A stretch of 64,000 nt of DNA from positions 1-64,000 of the forward strand of contig NMRA01000825.1 in assembly GCA_002633005.1 (NCBI GenBank). The letters are read 5' to 3'. The notes below the pieces were generated by a model. The model saw only the letters and a list, made by a program, of their open reading frames with translations. It did no database searches and was not told the DNA's origin. The position numbers were made by a program, and so were the translations under genes. Below are positions 14,573 through 28,900 of the stretch, piece after piece; the first letter of the stretch is position 1; each line of letters opens with the position of its first letter. The DNA comes from Phoronis australis (Eukaryota; Animalia; Phoronida).

Positions 14573-14958
14573 ATGATGATGATGATGGTGGTGGTGGTGG
14601 TGGTGGTGGTGGTGNGNNNNNNNNNNNNNNNNNNNNNNNNNNNNNNNNNNNNNNNNNNNNNNNNNNNNNNNNNNNNNNNNNNNNNNNNNNNNNNNNNNNN
14701 NNNNNNNNNNNNNNNNNNNNNNNNNNNNNNNNNNNNNNNNNNNNNNNNNNNNNNNNNNNNNNNNNNNNNNNNNNNNNNNNNNNNNNNNNNNNNNNNNNNN
14801 NNNNNNNNNNNNNNNNNNNNNNNNNNNNNNNNNNNNNNNNNNNNNNNNNNNNNNNNNNNNNNNNNNNNNNNNNNNNNNNNNNNNNNNNNNNNNNNNNNNN
14901 NNNNNNNNNNNNNNNGTGGTGGTGGTGGTGGTGGTGATGGTGGTGGTGGTGGTGGTGA
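14573..14958 (+). repeat. (GAT)/(GGT)n microsatellite spanning an assembly gap
   Basis: GGT repeats on both sides of the N run. Confidence 0.9.
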
Positions 14959-17900
14959 TTTGCGCATTAGCGCTTGTTTTTACAGGTTAGGTACGGAAAA
15001 AACGCACAATTAAACAAGTTACAGACCATTATAAATTACAAACGTTATTTTTGCAAATTTCACAATAAGTACATTTGTCAACATTTGGGATTAAGCCGTT
15101 GAAGTTAAATTAAACATAAGATGGTGGGGGTCTTTTTTTTAACCAAATCCCAGTTACGGTAACTAGATATTTCGATTTTGTAAAACATCTCGATTCGGTT
15201 ATGGCGATTATACTTGTAGATTTAAAATGCTTCTCTGATGTTCGCATTCAATCTTTCCATTTCTCCCAAAATTTGCTGTGCGTGACCAACATGTAGATGA
15301 CGGCGGATTTTAGTTATTTACGGTATATTTAACTTATCATTGATTAAAATGCGTGCATTTTCCGTAACTTTTGAAAACTAAAGTGACTTGTTCTTGACCA
15401 TGTAATGTGAGAGACTGCCTTCGACTAGTGAAGCAGACTTTACTGTATAAAATCTTCATGGTCAGGGTTGTATATCAGTGCGCACAGTAAATAATTACAA
15501 TTTATTGGCTATAAATTATTTACAGCCATTTTTCTTAGCAACAGGCAAGCACCTTTCAATCAAAATTTTGTCAGTTCAAATTTCCTAGTCGCATTTCCGC
15601 GCTAGGTGAATCTCTTAACAATGATAGCGGATGACAAACATTTCTAAGTCTGGTCAGCACGCCAAAAAGACACACATACATATAATGGTAGCGGAAGCGG
15701 CAGTGATTATACCAGTAGAAGGAATCAACCAGGGGCGGATCCAGGATTTTGAGTTAGGAAGGGTGGCAGGCAGAGTATTATCCAGGATTTTGCCCGTCAG
15801 ACATTCTGGCNCACAACTCAGTCCATGGTTATGTTAGGTGTACAAGAATGAAGCTATCCGTACTGTCATCCAAAACAAAAACTTCAGTCTGGCCGAAACA
15901 CGAATAAAAACAATGTTGTACAAAGGTGGCGCCAGTGCATGAGCCATCGGTGTCGAATTTAGTGATGACGTATCTGGCACTATTATTACGCGACTTGTTC
16001 TAGAGCCTCAAATGGAATACGTATGCATATTCACATCCCATTTTCGAAAATTTTGCAGGTCTTGGATTTTTCCGGAGGCAGTTTAGCTCTTAGAAGTTTT
16101 ACAAAATTGTACATTTGATTAATCAGTGTGCGCCGAAAACAATTTCACCCGATTTTATGCTTATGGAGAGTGGAGAAGAATTAAGATTGACCGGCTCCAT
16201 AGACAAGTAATAATGTTCCAAATGCCTATTGATTTAAAGCGCTACGTAAACCTGGCCTAATTATTAATATAATTGTTTTAGTTTTGGCACCAGTTTTATG
16301 TTTATTTGACTGGGTCCAAAATGACAAATGACGTCATACTAAACACAGGATCTGAGTTAGCCGTTCGGAGTGAGTGGTTAGGGCCTCTCACATATTAAGT
16401 GCACCTCCGTAGCCCAGTTTTCTGGTAAACCTTGGGCGAAGGCGTGTCGACGGGAGAGGCTGCATGTCAATTTACCAGTCAGAACCCGAAGACTTGATGT
16501 ATCCAAGGACTCCGATGGCAATGTACCTGTACATAGAAATATTTTTTGTATCACGTCATCAGGAAATCTACGACACATCTTTTAAGGATAATATGTTATA
16601 ACGCGGTCACGTGTCTCCGGTGGTGTAGGGTTGTAGTCATCAGATTGAAATTGCACGTATGTTGTCCCTACCCAAGTAATGCAAACAACGTGTGCAGTTT
16701 TTATGATAAGGATAATTACTAGAGACTTCCTTGGCAAACTAACACCCACACGGATTTCATAAATCGTGCCGATTGTCACACATGTAAGCGCAAAGCCGTA
16801 AGAAACGGCTTGCCGAGATAAATGTTTATCGCCACTTTTTTGTGTTTAACACTTGACCCATGGTTTCGTTCGAACTCTAGTCAGTCTCAGTCACGCGTGT
16901 TTACGTGACGACTAGTTATCAGCCATTCAAAGTTGGGCGAAAAAAGAGTACGGCGTTATCTGTCAAGGTATGATTTCACACGTTAATAAACAACAGCCAG
17001 TAACAGGACTTTAGACACAGAATGGATAAAATTGTGTAGGCTCTTGAATGTGTCGTTCTCGTTATAAGGCGGTTGTGATGGTTAGGTGCATTTCTCAATG
17101 CAGTGAAAACATATGGATATCTCCTCAGGGACCGGCTGAATCCCGTGGTAGGTATATACATGAACGATCATGAAGCAAATATGTGTTATTTATTTTTCAG
17201 CGTTGGTTTGGTTACACTATATGTAGTCATGATATCAAAGGAACAGGTAGTAATGTTTGTCACAGTCTCTCCATACGGCGGGACTACACGTGACAATCAG
17301 TTGTTGTGTAACATATTCGATTTTAACAGTATTCTGTCTGGTAAACACAATACAGTTTTTACGATTTTTGTTCCAAACAATCATTAGTTCTGTCGCCTAA
17401 AAAGACTGAAATGTCTTCATATGGCATATGCTACACAATGGTGATAATGTTTCGGATGACCTGGGAGGAACAACACCTTCATGAAATTGGCTTTCAGCCC
17501 ACTATGAGTCGTGACATCCCCAGATAGTCGCTGTATACGTATGCATGTGTATTTCTCAGGGAATTTTTCCATGTAGGCCTATATACCGGTAATTAGGGGA
17601 ATTTTTACATGCGGGTACTTGACTATACGTTATATTTTATCTTGTGTGCTACTTTATATGCACGTGCGAGTCGGCACCGGTTTGATCTTGGAGGATCTGA
17701 GTTGTGAGGATACACTATGCAGGGAGTGGACATAACGCGGCTGCGGTATTCATGAACGTGCAATCAAGGGCAGCCAATGAAAAACATCTAACGATGGCAA
17801 ACTCACTTGGTTCTCCGATTAACGGCCAGGGGTCTCCGTCTGCTGAACACGGTGCAGGAAACGGACGGTTAATGAAATAAAACACTGCTCCTTACTACAA

Positions 17901-19869
17901 CAAACGGCTCATTGATCGCCTAACATTTATGCACGGACATCGTTACCGTGACTTGTGCAGAATAATAACAGAACAAACTAAATTAAATGCAAAACATGCG
18001 AGCATAGATATTCGACTATTTAGCTTCATTATTACAAAATGGCTGCAAAATGGAAATAATTTCCATTTTTTATAACCATCTATCCGCAATATGATTATGT
18101 TTCAGTTCTTGCCATCGTTTCTCATTAACAGTATTATTTTTTAATTATTGTTAACTATCTTTGAGTTTTCTTGAGCGTAACAAGTTTCGTAAAAGTCTTC
18201 TGTTGTTACGTTTCCTTAAATCTCCTAATGACTTGAATGAGTCCAACTTTATAAAAGTAGATTAAGCAGTGCTTCACAAGCAATACATTGTGGTATCGAG
18301 GCTAGTTTCAAGCAGACGACTAGCCGAATCCAATCTCTGCTGACACGCGATTCGTCGTAAAGATGACGTCAAGTAACGTGCTCTCTATACAAGGGCACCG
18401 AGAGCTCATCAAGTAATGGTCGGTTACGACAGCACCTCCTAAGACCATATTCCGCTTTTATTGCACTGGCGTCCGTAGGTCTATTATACGGGTACCCTCT
18501 GGAACAGCGCCACTGATAATGAAAAGTTGCTTTGGGGAAAAATGATGAACGTGCGTGAGCATAAACGGAACTTGATAATTTCAACCTTCAGTTCAAGATT
18601 TTTGACATTGCAAAACATAACAAATGTAACTGTGCGTTTACGAAATGTTCATATCTATCGGCAGCGACTTCAAAATACGAATTCCAAATTGTAATAATTA
18701 TTTTATTTGAGGGCTTCCCAACTTTAAACCAATGAGAATGACTGAATGTTATGACGTCGGTTTCATTACTTTAACCAATGAGAAGCCATGTTAAACAACA
18801 TGCGACACCGCTACACTTTTCGTAGCACTGTGAAAGAGTGCAATTACTAGGGTGAACTTATTCACTTGACGGTAAGCAGAATACTAACAGAAAAACGCAC
18901 AGTGTTTTATACTGACCTAATACATTATCTACAGCCTGTTTAATGATGTCAATTTGTAGTATTCGTGCGCACGTGGTTTGAAAGTGTCAAGGTGGCACGT
19001 GTACAAAATACATGTCCTGACGACGAATTTCAACGCAAGTCTTGCCAGAATTATTAGTCGAGCAGTGGTCGCAGTAAAATATCGTTTTTGTCGAACATAT
19101 GTCGGAGTTTAACGTGACGTTGCATAGGCGGATTTAGGGGGGAGGGGGGCAGGGAGCCCCGCCCCCCCCCCCCCCNNNNNNNNNNNNNNNNNNNNNNNNN
19201 NNNNNNNNNNNNNNNNNNNNNNNNNNNNNNNNNNNNNNNNNNNNNNNNNNNNNNNNNNNNNNNNNNNNNNNNNNNNNNNNNNNNNNNNNNNNNNNNNNNN
19301 NNNNNNNNNNNNNNNNNNNNNNNNNNNNNNNNNNNNNNNNNNNNNNNNNNNNNNNNNNNNNNNNNNNNNNNNNNNNNNNNNNNNNNNNNNNNNNNNNNNN
19401 NNNNNNNNNNNNNNNNNNNNNNNNNNNNNNNNNNNNNNNNNNNNNNNNNNNNNNNNNNNNNNNNNNNNNNNNNNNNNNNNNNNNNNNNNNNNNNNNNNNN
19501 NNNNNNNNNNNNNNNNNNNNNNNNNNNNNNNNNNNNNNNNNNNNNNNNNNNNNNNNNNNNNNNNNNNNNNNNNNNNNNNNNNNNNNNNNNNNNNNNNNNN
19601 NNNNNNNNNNNNNNNNNNNNNNNNNNNNNNNNNNNNNNNNNNNNNNNNNNNNNNNNNNNNNNNNNNNNNNNNNNNNNNNNNNNNNNNNCCCCCCCCCCCC
19701 CCCCCCCATCTCCCGACCCCTTTGTTATCGTCTGCACAGTCTCTTGACTTGTGACTGTGGTTGTCAGAGCTTATGAACTGTTACCGACCTGGCTGCATTC
19801 TCTTGTCTCTTTCTTCCAGAGCACGTGAACTAAACAGGACAAAGAAAATCATAGAGGATTTGTCGAAGA

Positions 19870-19986
19870 ATGAAAACGTGCATCGCGGGCCTAGCCTTCT
19901 TGGCAGCACTGGTGTCGAGCGCCCCCGTGAGCGAAGATGAAACCAAACAAGTTGATATCCTAATGCCGAAAGTTCAGCCGCAGAAG
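19870..19986 (+). CDS. PHM: PHM coding exon 1 (signal peptide; the exon itself starts at 19820 in the 5' UTR)
   Basis: Acceptor tctttcttccag at 19819; ATG 19870 gives [39 protein letters not shown]; donor AAG/gtagaa, phase 0. Confidence 0.92.
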
Positions 19987-22900
19987 GTAGAAATTGACGA
20001 TATTAACTAATTAAGTCTTTTGAATTAAAATGAACATGTACAACAAGCAACCGCTACACAAATATTTAAGCCTATCCGACATTGTAAATTTTTTCTCCAG
20101 ACCAGAGTCGATCTCAAAGTTAATGGAGTGCTTTCACGGCGTGTTGAGAATAAAAGAGGTTCTCTTGGGACCAATCCATCATCTCTACTAGTTCAACAAC
20201 GAATATTGTGAGCGCCGTGGTATCACTCACACTGCTTTATATCATTGCTCATAGCGAGGCTCCTTGCAGAGAGATTTATGGCTGTTTTCGAATTTTCAAG
20301 ATCTCATATTTCGACCAGAAGTACTTACCTCTCCGATGGTATAATAATGCCTTTCAGTTACTCGCTGAAATTCAAATTGGCGCGGAGTTTCTATGGTAAC
20401 AACATGTTTTGGATGGTTCGCAGTCCAGGATTAAAAAAGGTGCAGGTGGCCTGATGCCTTTTGCGGTACATCAGGCGTGTTTAGGTCACATTACACAGAC
20501 CAGAGCTACATGTAAGACCATTGTGTAATTTTTGTGTCGTTATCGTTTTTGTACTTCACCAAACACCATACTTTGTTTATGACGTTGAAGCAAATACAAT
20601 AATAAGCATAATTGTCTGAGGCAGAACAAATTATAGACATGCGAACGTGACAGAACTAGACGCTAACTATTAAGTCTGGCACATATTTGCATTCTTGCAA
20701 TTTTCAACTGATGAAACGCATAAAACAGTAGTAACTTGGAGAACGTCTATCATATATCAATTTGAGCTCTAGTGGACAAAACACATATTTATGTTACGAA
20801 GTCACGGAGCCTAACCTGAAAGACTTTCAAAACGCTTTCGAATTCCTTAAAATCTCCACATCCTTAACAGTCAGTAATTCATACACAGGAGGATATTAGA
20901 ATGTCTTGATTTGCAAGAACAGCTTAAGGAGGGTGTATACACTGAATTTTGAATTTTTAACAGTTTTTTAATTTTTATATTGTCTAAAACTTTTATTATT
21001 CATTTACACGCTCGTGACAAAATGAAATTGATTTGAAAAGTGCATAGTTGTCATTTCAACCAAAGTTCCATTCTCTGTAAGGCTGCTCATCAGGCTTGAA
21101 TGCTAGATCACTGTAACAATCTAGGAGCTTAGACCATATATTGGCCAATTATCACACCACCACACAAAGCTCCTTTTGTCAAAATGCACAAAAGACCAAA
21201 CAAACATATTGGACTTGGGTCTGATAAGCACTCACATTTTAAGAAGAGAAGCTCAAATGTTGCAATACACCAACTGAAAGGTTGTTTCACGATAGAAAAT
21301 ACCTTCCGGTTTCATTTTTAACCTTGTCCAGTGAAACTGGAGCACTATATACACAGATTTTCAGTGAAAGTTGACCAAAAGTAGCACATGATAAGTTCAT
21401 TATTTCACAGTAGCGGCAATACGCCCAAGCTTATTTCTCAGCTGTCTTTTGATCATTTTTTACGAAATAAAAATATTTGAAATCTAATGCAAGTGAACTT
21501 CAAATTCTTGTCAGAGATTTTATTTAAATTGCTTATTTTGACATGAAGTTAGAATTTTGACTGAATGTTGTGTTTTCCCACTTTCAAAAACAAGGTGGAA
21601 AATACAGTACATAATGATGTCTTTATGGTCATAATTGTGTATTGGTGACTTAAATGATACTATCTGAATAGTTTACAATTTGTGACAGCATTTTTTGGAA
21701 AACCATCAAGTAAAATGAATTTTTGGGGAAAATTTGTGTGTGCTTTTTATCAAAATAACAGTTACTCAAAACATTGTTTTTCAAGTTGTGGGCCATATTT
21801 TAGACGGCATAAATTAACGTTTGCACATTTAAAGAGGAACATTGAAAAGCAAACAGTTCATATAGCTCCCTTCCACAGGACCGACTAATTAGCCAATGTC
21901 GGCTGCTCTGTGCAACAGTAAGGGTCGGCTAAGGAGGTACTCGAAAAATAGGACATTTTCAACCCACACGACTTAAAATATTGTTAGTTTAGCCAGTAAC
22001 CATGATGAAAATAGCTTGACTTGCTAATCAGCTTCTTGACGACCGAGGGATGTTCCGCGAATTGGTTTGGTCAACTGTTTTGTACACGTGCATAGACGCG
22101 TGTGCCTTAATTTCTCTAAAATTTCAATGGCAGATATCCCTACATGTATCTCAAAACGGAGGTTTTTGTATGTTTTAGAAATTACGATTGTTTCTCAAAT
22201 ATTGATTTAATTACAAATCTGCCAACACCTGTGTATTGTATCCCATACTTCAACCTTCACCTGTTTACTGTTAACTTTGGTTTTTGTTATTCGTATGTAC
22301 AGCAGGTGCACGCGCCTAATTTGGGATGCTACATGTATACGGGCGCAAGCCCCTAATTTCGGATGCTACATATATACAGGCGCACGCGCCTAATTTGGGA
22401 TGCTACACATATACAGGAGCACAAAGTCAATGGGGGCACTTGCAGAGTCTTGACGCTTTTCCTGTCTATTCGAGTATTTATGCGGCCTTTACGCTTATTG
22501 TGTACCCGAAGTAGTACATTTTTCAAGCAAAGTATTAAACGTGTTTCGCATAATCTATGCATGCGGGTGCATGGATTCACTGAAAGTCGCAGCCGCTATC
22601 GCTAGCTTAGGTTATTTGTGTGTTCTACGCATTCTTCATACTTTTCTTTTAGACGTTGAAGAACATTCATGTAGCCAATACTGCACTAAATACTCGTCAA
22701 AGTCTTACTCAGTTATTGATACTTAAGACTATATGTTGATTATGTTTAGCAGGCAAAACCAAACTTTTGGTCAGTTTCTTAGTAACGGTTATTGGAAAAT
22801 TGTCCTCTCATACGACGTTGTATTTTTATTCAATTACGAAAAAATGTCAGTCTTGAAAAATTAATGAAATTCTAACTTGAGGTGATTTCTGCCAAACTTG

Positions 22901-25900
22901 TCGGTGGTTAACCTCTCAACCGTATCAAACGCTATTTGCCGGCTACATGGAATACAATAGCGACGAACGTTGGCTCATTAGGTAGTGTTGACCATTTTGA
23001 ACAAGGGCAGGCAAAATGTTTGCCTGTTACTTACCAGCGGTTACTAGGAAATATTCTTGTCATAGAAACCGACCTAACGTAGCTTTGGATTGTTTTAAGA
23101 CGTTTTGATCAGAAGCAGAGTTCTCAGTCATATAAATACACTTTTGTTTCTGATTTTAATTGAATTATACCCAAATTGTCTCCCTTTAGAATAAGAAATA
23201 CTCACTTACTTGGAGACGAATCAGTTGGATGCAGACGTTTCGGCCTGGTCCGCCAGGCCTTTGTCTATGAATGAGGGGTTTCCCCGCCTTTCGCATAGCG
23301 AGTATAGGGGAGATAAATGTAAACCGCGATCCCGGTTCCTTTTAGCAGAAGTTGTTAGGTAACCTGTTAGCAACGGCTGTTTACGGGCTGTATGAAAAAT
23401 TGCATCGAGTTCTATTGCAAATGGTCTCTAACTATTAAAATGTCTCGTAAAAACGTATTATGGCTAAAGTGTGAAACGCTCGACTTCTTTTACATTGACG
23501 GCTGCTAGGGAACGTTTTACCATGGCAACCGTGAATCAGTTGTTCAGTATTGCATTCAACAGTGCATTAAGACAATAAGAGATGTTAACTATAGTAAGTC
23601 ATATTTGCATGAAATGTGTTTGATAGTGCCATTAAAAGAAGAAAACGATGAACGAAAACGTATTTACACTGGGAACTTCACAGTCGCTAGAAGTGTTGTG
23701 ACAATATCTACCAGCTGAAAAACTTAAACGAACATGTATGTGCAGAGAATATCTGATTTCCAATTTTGACACATGTTCATAATATATTGGCAAAATTCTC
23801 TGTGTATATTTCAAAAGCAAAGGTCTCCGTTGTGAAGGTTGGCCTCGGTAAGGATTCAAATTATTGTCATTGAGCACAAAGCTTTGCAACCCCCCTTGCT
23901 GTCGCGATTTCTTAGTAACTGTTGCAATAAAAACGTCCCGCATTTTGGCACCTCTTCGTGAAGTACAAATGTACCACGTTTCACAATTTTACAACTTTCC
24001 GGGTAATGTTGCCCTATTTCTTCACCCTTTACCAATATTATTACAAGTCAGTCTAGTTTCACTCATTTGCTCCTCTATATTACGCATTACACAAATATGA
24101 ACGTGCGCCTCCTTTCGGACACGGTCAGCCTCACATATACATGTAGAGGCGGGGTGTAATAACCTGTTCTTACCACACACCGCAAAAGCTCTCACCACCC
24201 ACAATAAACTTGCCACCAAACCTTAAGTCCAACCCGCATCACAGACAATTGTGCGACCCAGTTTCGCTCACTTGCAAGGTGTTCCGTAGCAAGAATTTTA
24301 CATACATTGTAAGTTTTGCGATGGGTGGTCGGGGTAGTTCCCGGCACCTCACGACAAGCACGCACCTAGGCGGGGCAAAGTGGGCAAAAAGGTCCGCCTC
24401 AAAGCCTCCGAAAAAAGAAGAAAATGAGACAAAAGTCCACTAACCAGGCAGGACTTACCAAAATTCGGCGAATGTACAATTCATAGCTCTGAACGTACTT
24501 CGTGAATCTTGATAAAAGGCCTACATTCTCAAAAATTCGATCCCCCCAATTTTTTAGGCTGGGTGCGCGCATGCACGATATTGATGCTTGGGCGCGGTGA
24601 GGCTAAATACGCGCAGGTATGTACCGTGTATATAGAAGCATGCAATTCTCTCCTCGATCACTGGACGACACGTGGTTCTGTGCGACCACCGCCGCCATTA
24701 CTGGAACAGTTCTAGCATTTCTTAATGCCTGTCGCTTACATGTTCTTGGTCCAACGAACTCCAATGTTGCTCAGATCATAACAGCTTAGCCGTTGTTTAC
24801 TTGCTACCGTAAACGTGCACAGTCCAGATTTTAGCGCAAGGGCCTAAGTCATGAAAAAATACTTCACTAACACTTGAGTATTACGCTAACAATTAGCAAT
24901 TGCTGGATAAAGTTTATCCAAGCGATTAACCATGCCAAACGACATCGTATGGGGGTCGCAAGGTATAGTTTAACTTGCGACATCCATGTGACCGGCGCAA
25001 GCGCGTCGCATGCTTAAAGCCTATGGGACTCTTAAGGATATTTCCAACCTTATTCACAAAAATGGGCCATTTTTACAATATTTCACTTGTGTCTAGCAAA
25101 ATACTTTATCTTCATTCTCGGGGAACTTCAAATACGAAATATATACTGCGTAGCGAGAAAAAAAAAGATTTAGCAGAACCACCTTGGAACCGCACAACCG
25201 CGTGGATATTTGTTTACCACTTATCCAAGGTCAAAGGTTAAAGGGCTTTCAAGTAAATTGAGTCTCCCGCCAGGTACAGAACAGCTTCGGTATACCCTCA
25301 GTCCTTTCATTCACAAATTCGCCATAACATTGAACCAACGAGGTGTGGTTATGATAGAATGGTGCCGGGGAAAACGAAGACAAAACGTAGTTTTGATCCT
25401 AAGGGAGTTGTGCGTCTACATGCATACGACCGTTGACGTTGAAAACGAATGCTACGAGTTGCCTCAGGCCTCAGTCTGGTCATGAACACAGAAAGTTGTG
25501 AAAAGAGATAAATCCTCCCCCTTATTCCTTAATTCAATTATTAAGTTAACATTTCGATGTTTCGATTTCATGTTAACGACTTACTTTAACCACCAATTCA
25601 ATTTTTGTTATCCATTTCTTACTTGGTTTGGTATCAGTCTCCCAGCACGTGACGTGTACAGGCTATGAACTGTGACCTACTTAGAAAGTAGGTCGTACAA
25701 AATGGCAGAAGTTGGCTGCGAAAGATAGGTCTATTTGAGGTTTTAATGATATTTAAGTTAGTTACGCACTGCAAAATTAGTTAACATTGCAAGAAAACAT
25801 TGAAATTGGTGACATAGTTAAGGATTCTATAGGTTATGTATACCGAAAACAAGTTTTCACAGAATAATTAACCAAAGACTTAGAGATTTTCACGTGTCCC

Positions 25901-28900
25901 AGTTTAATCGGCTTTTTCTCGGCTTCGGCAAATCGACTTTATTTGAACTTAGGAACACGAGTTCTCGAAAATGGCTCGATGGATTTCGCTGAAACTTTCC
26001 AGACTTAATATTTAGTCACCAATCTCAAAAACGCTGTTAGGATTTTTGATATAAAAGCTTAGTTTTTGTGTAATGTGGCAAAAACGAATACGACTTCAAT
26101 TTTTTACAAAAATACCTTACGTTTTGCGAGTTTATTTGTCATAGAAACCAAACGAACAAACTAATCGAAAATTCCTAACAGCGTTTTTGAGGTAATTGAT
26201 GAAGTTTTCATTTAAAAAAGGTTTCGTTAAAATCGACCGAGGGGTTATTTTGCTATGAATGTACCTTTCTTAAAAATGTAATTTTTACTTAAAAAAGGTT
26301 TTTACGTAAAAATAATAATGACAAATAAATACAAAAAGTATATTTATATTTCCTGGTCTTTGTTCTTTCAGAAAATATATACTTTTACTAGTTGACAAAG
26401 CTTAGTTTTTTTGATATACGAGTTAGAACAGAGGCCACTAAATAAGGTTTGAAATAACCTTAAGTTGTTTTCCTTTGTTACGTCTTTGTTGAATATAACA
26501 TTACAGGTCGCATGGATATCGTACATTGATTGCACACCAGTCGGCTACCGATAAATGCAAAACAAAGTGAACAATGGTTACGCCAATCTACGAATCCATA
26601 GTTTCCCGTGGGTATGAGCGTATTACAGTCAATTATTTTTCAAAAATAGCTGTGTAGAACCTTGAGTGTTACGTCACTTTTATGAAGCGGACCTCTGATC
26701 ACTGTTAAATCTGCTGTGCCTGGAGTTCCTAACAACATGCACAACGAAAACAAAACCATAAACGAGAATGCAAACTGCCTGCACATGTTTATCGCGTTAG
26801 GCTTATGAGAAACATGAGAAACGCTAATGATAATCATACAATTCACGCGTGATTTTCAAAGATCGAGAGAAGGGTTACTCTAATTCTTGATCGATATCTC
26901 AACAAGTCAGCGCAGTGCCAATCTCATTTATTCAATTGATTAGTAATGACAACCTACTTTGTTATAGATACATGTAGACTAATATCGAAAAAAAATAATC
27001 TAGTGATGTAGAGAGTGGAGAAAGCGGATCACGTGGTCCTGCGCGCTCCTTGGACGCTTACAAACTTTGACTTGACGTTTAGCTGTGCTTTCTCAATCAT
27101 ACTCAGGTTACTGTTTTCCTCATCAGACTCCACCTTGCTCACTAAATATCCATGTGCTTTTTGGAAAGTACGGCAATTCCTCACCTATTTAGCACACAAC
27201 GTGGCGGACAAGTGAACTTTTGTCTTTTTAAATTTATCATCAGAAATCAAAATCAGAAAATTGCAGTCTGTTTTATCTAAGATTGAACAAATGGAATATT
27301 ATAAAACAAAAACAACATTTGGTAAAGTCACCAATAGTTGCAGAGCGGTAATCAGCTTTCGTAAAATAAAAATTGACTATTCTGGCATAAGTGAGAAGTT
27401 ACCGTGATCAAGGAACTAGTATTGAAATTCAGCATCGCGTTTCGTAAAAAGTGACGTAATACTTAAGTCAGGAATTTAGTCTTACTCTCCCACTTCGCAA
27501 TTGCTAAAAAGATTTAGCCAAGTAATTACGATATCATCATGATTGTCAAAGAATTATTTATTAACAATTGAGCGTAACTTCTCAGAGACGTTGCACTTTC
27601 GCTCAGGTGAATCTTAAATATGTTTTTCAGAAATACCTTTCTTGACCGTAAAACCAAATTTCAGCCTTAGTCTTATAAAGCCATGCCTGGTTGCGAAATA
27701 CATTTTTCAAAATTAAAGTGGAATTTGCGGGCCACTCACACATCTCTGTTATAATTTGGCCAAAATATTAACTGAGCAGCGTATTGCGATGATGTGGTTG
27801 CAAATAGGCCAAAATATTAACTGAGCAGCGTATTGCGATGATGTGGTTGCAAATAGGCCAAAATATTAACTGAGCAGCGTATTGCGATGGTGTGGTTGCA
27901 AATAGGCCAAAATATTTACTGAGCAGCGTATTGCGATGGTGTGGTTGCAAATAGGCCAAAATATTAACTGAGCAGCGTATTGCGATGGTGTGGTTGCAAA
28001 TAGGTAGCATATTTGCAGAATTGTTTGTTTTCACAGTTAAAAATTGTAATATTGAGGCAGAGCATTGCTGCTTAGTTTAGCGATCAATAGTAATAGTCGG
28101 TGGGCCAGATCTCATAGCGTTCACCCTTGTGAGTACTTTGGGGGGGGCAACCTAGTTTTTTCTATGTGGCTAGATAATATACCCATAAATCAAATTCCAA
28201 AAAGTTCCCACGGCTACACTTGCACATTTTTTTAAAAAAAGGTGTTTTTGTTGCACAAAATATGATGCACATTCCTGCCACTCGATGGCGCTTTTCTATT
28301 GAATTGACCAATCAGAGAGCCAGATTGTATTGTTGTGCTTAGTTACTTCAATATGGCTGCTCCCATGGAGTGTGATGCCTGTATAATTCAAGGTTTATCA
28401 AACAGCACAAAATTGTGATGTCAGAGCCTAAAGAAGCTTAGGAAAGCTTCCTGACGAAAGCTGATTGACTGTGGAACTCTGTAGATCAGTAGATCAAAAA
28501 GAAGAAGAGGTGTCACAAACGTTTGTGCAGAAAACATCTGCATGTCCTGGTAGCCTACGTATAATCAGTATACTGCTGAGTGCTGGTAGACTAGAAGACC
28601 AAGTGTCAGACCAAAAAATTGAAAGGACATAGAACGGCATAGCAACGTTTCAAGGCACCAACAGTAGTACTAAAGCTGAAGTTGCTGAAAGTGATACAGA
28701 TGTTATCCAAGATTTCCCAAGAAAATCAATTACTTCCAAAATCTGAAAAACCCAATTAACCTGAACAAGATAGGAACATTCTGAAACACGAGTGCATCAT
28801 TTCTTAGCAGGAAAAGTACATTATGGGCCACATTTCAAGAAAGAAAAAGAAGTATAGCTTTCAAAAACAGGTACGTGTTTTTTAAAAATACCTCTTATTG

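Noticed and set aside
16470-17880. Exon-like segments (- strand YIAIGVLGYIKSSGSDW near 16475-16525; + strand open frame near 17722-17880)
   Set aside because: No partner exons or recognisable family; indistinguishable from chance.
14533-19737. Long ORFs containing X runs
   Set aside because: Open only because of N gaps.
27758-28004. ORF 27768-28034 with repeated peptide, or CRISPR-like array
   Set aside because: Simple 49-bp minisatellite; the unit is not a multiple of 3 and has no spacers.
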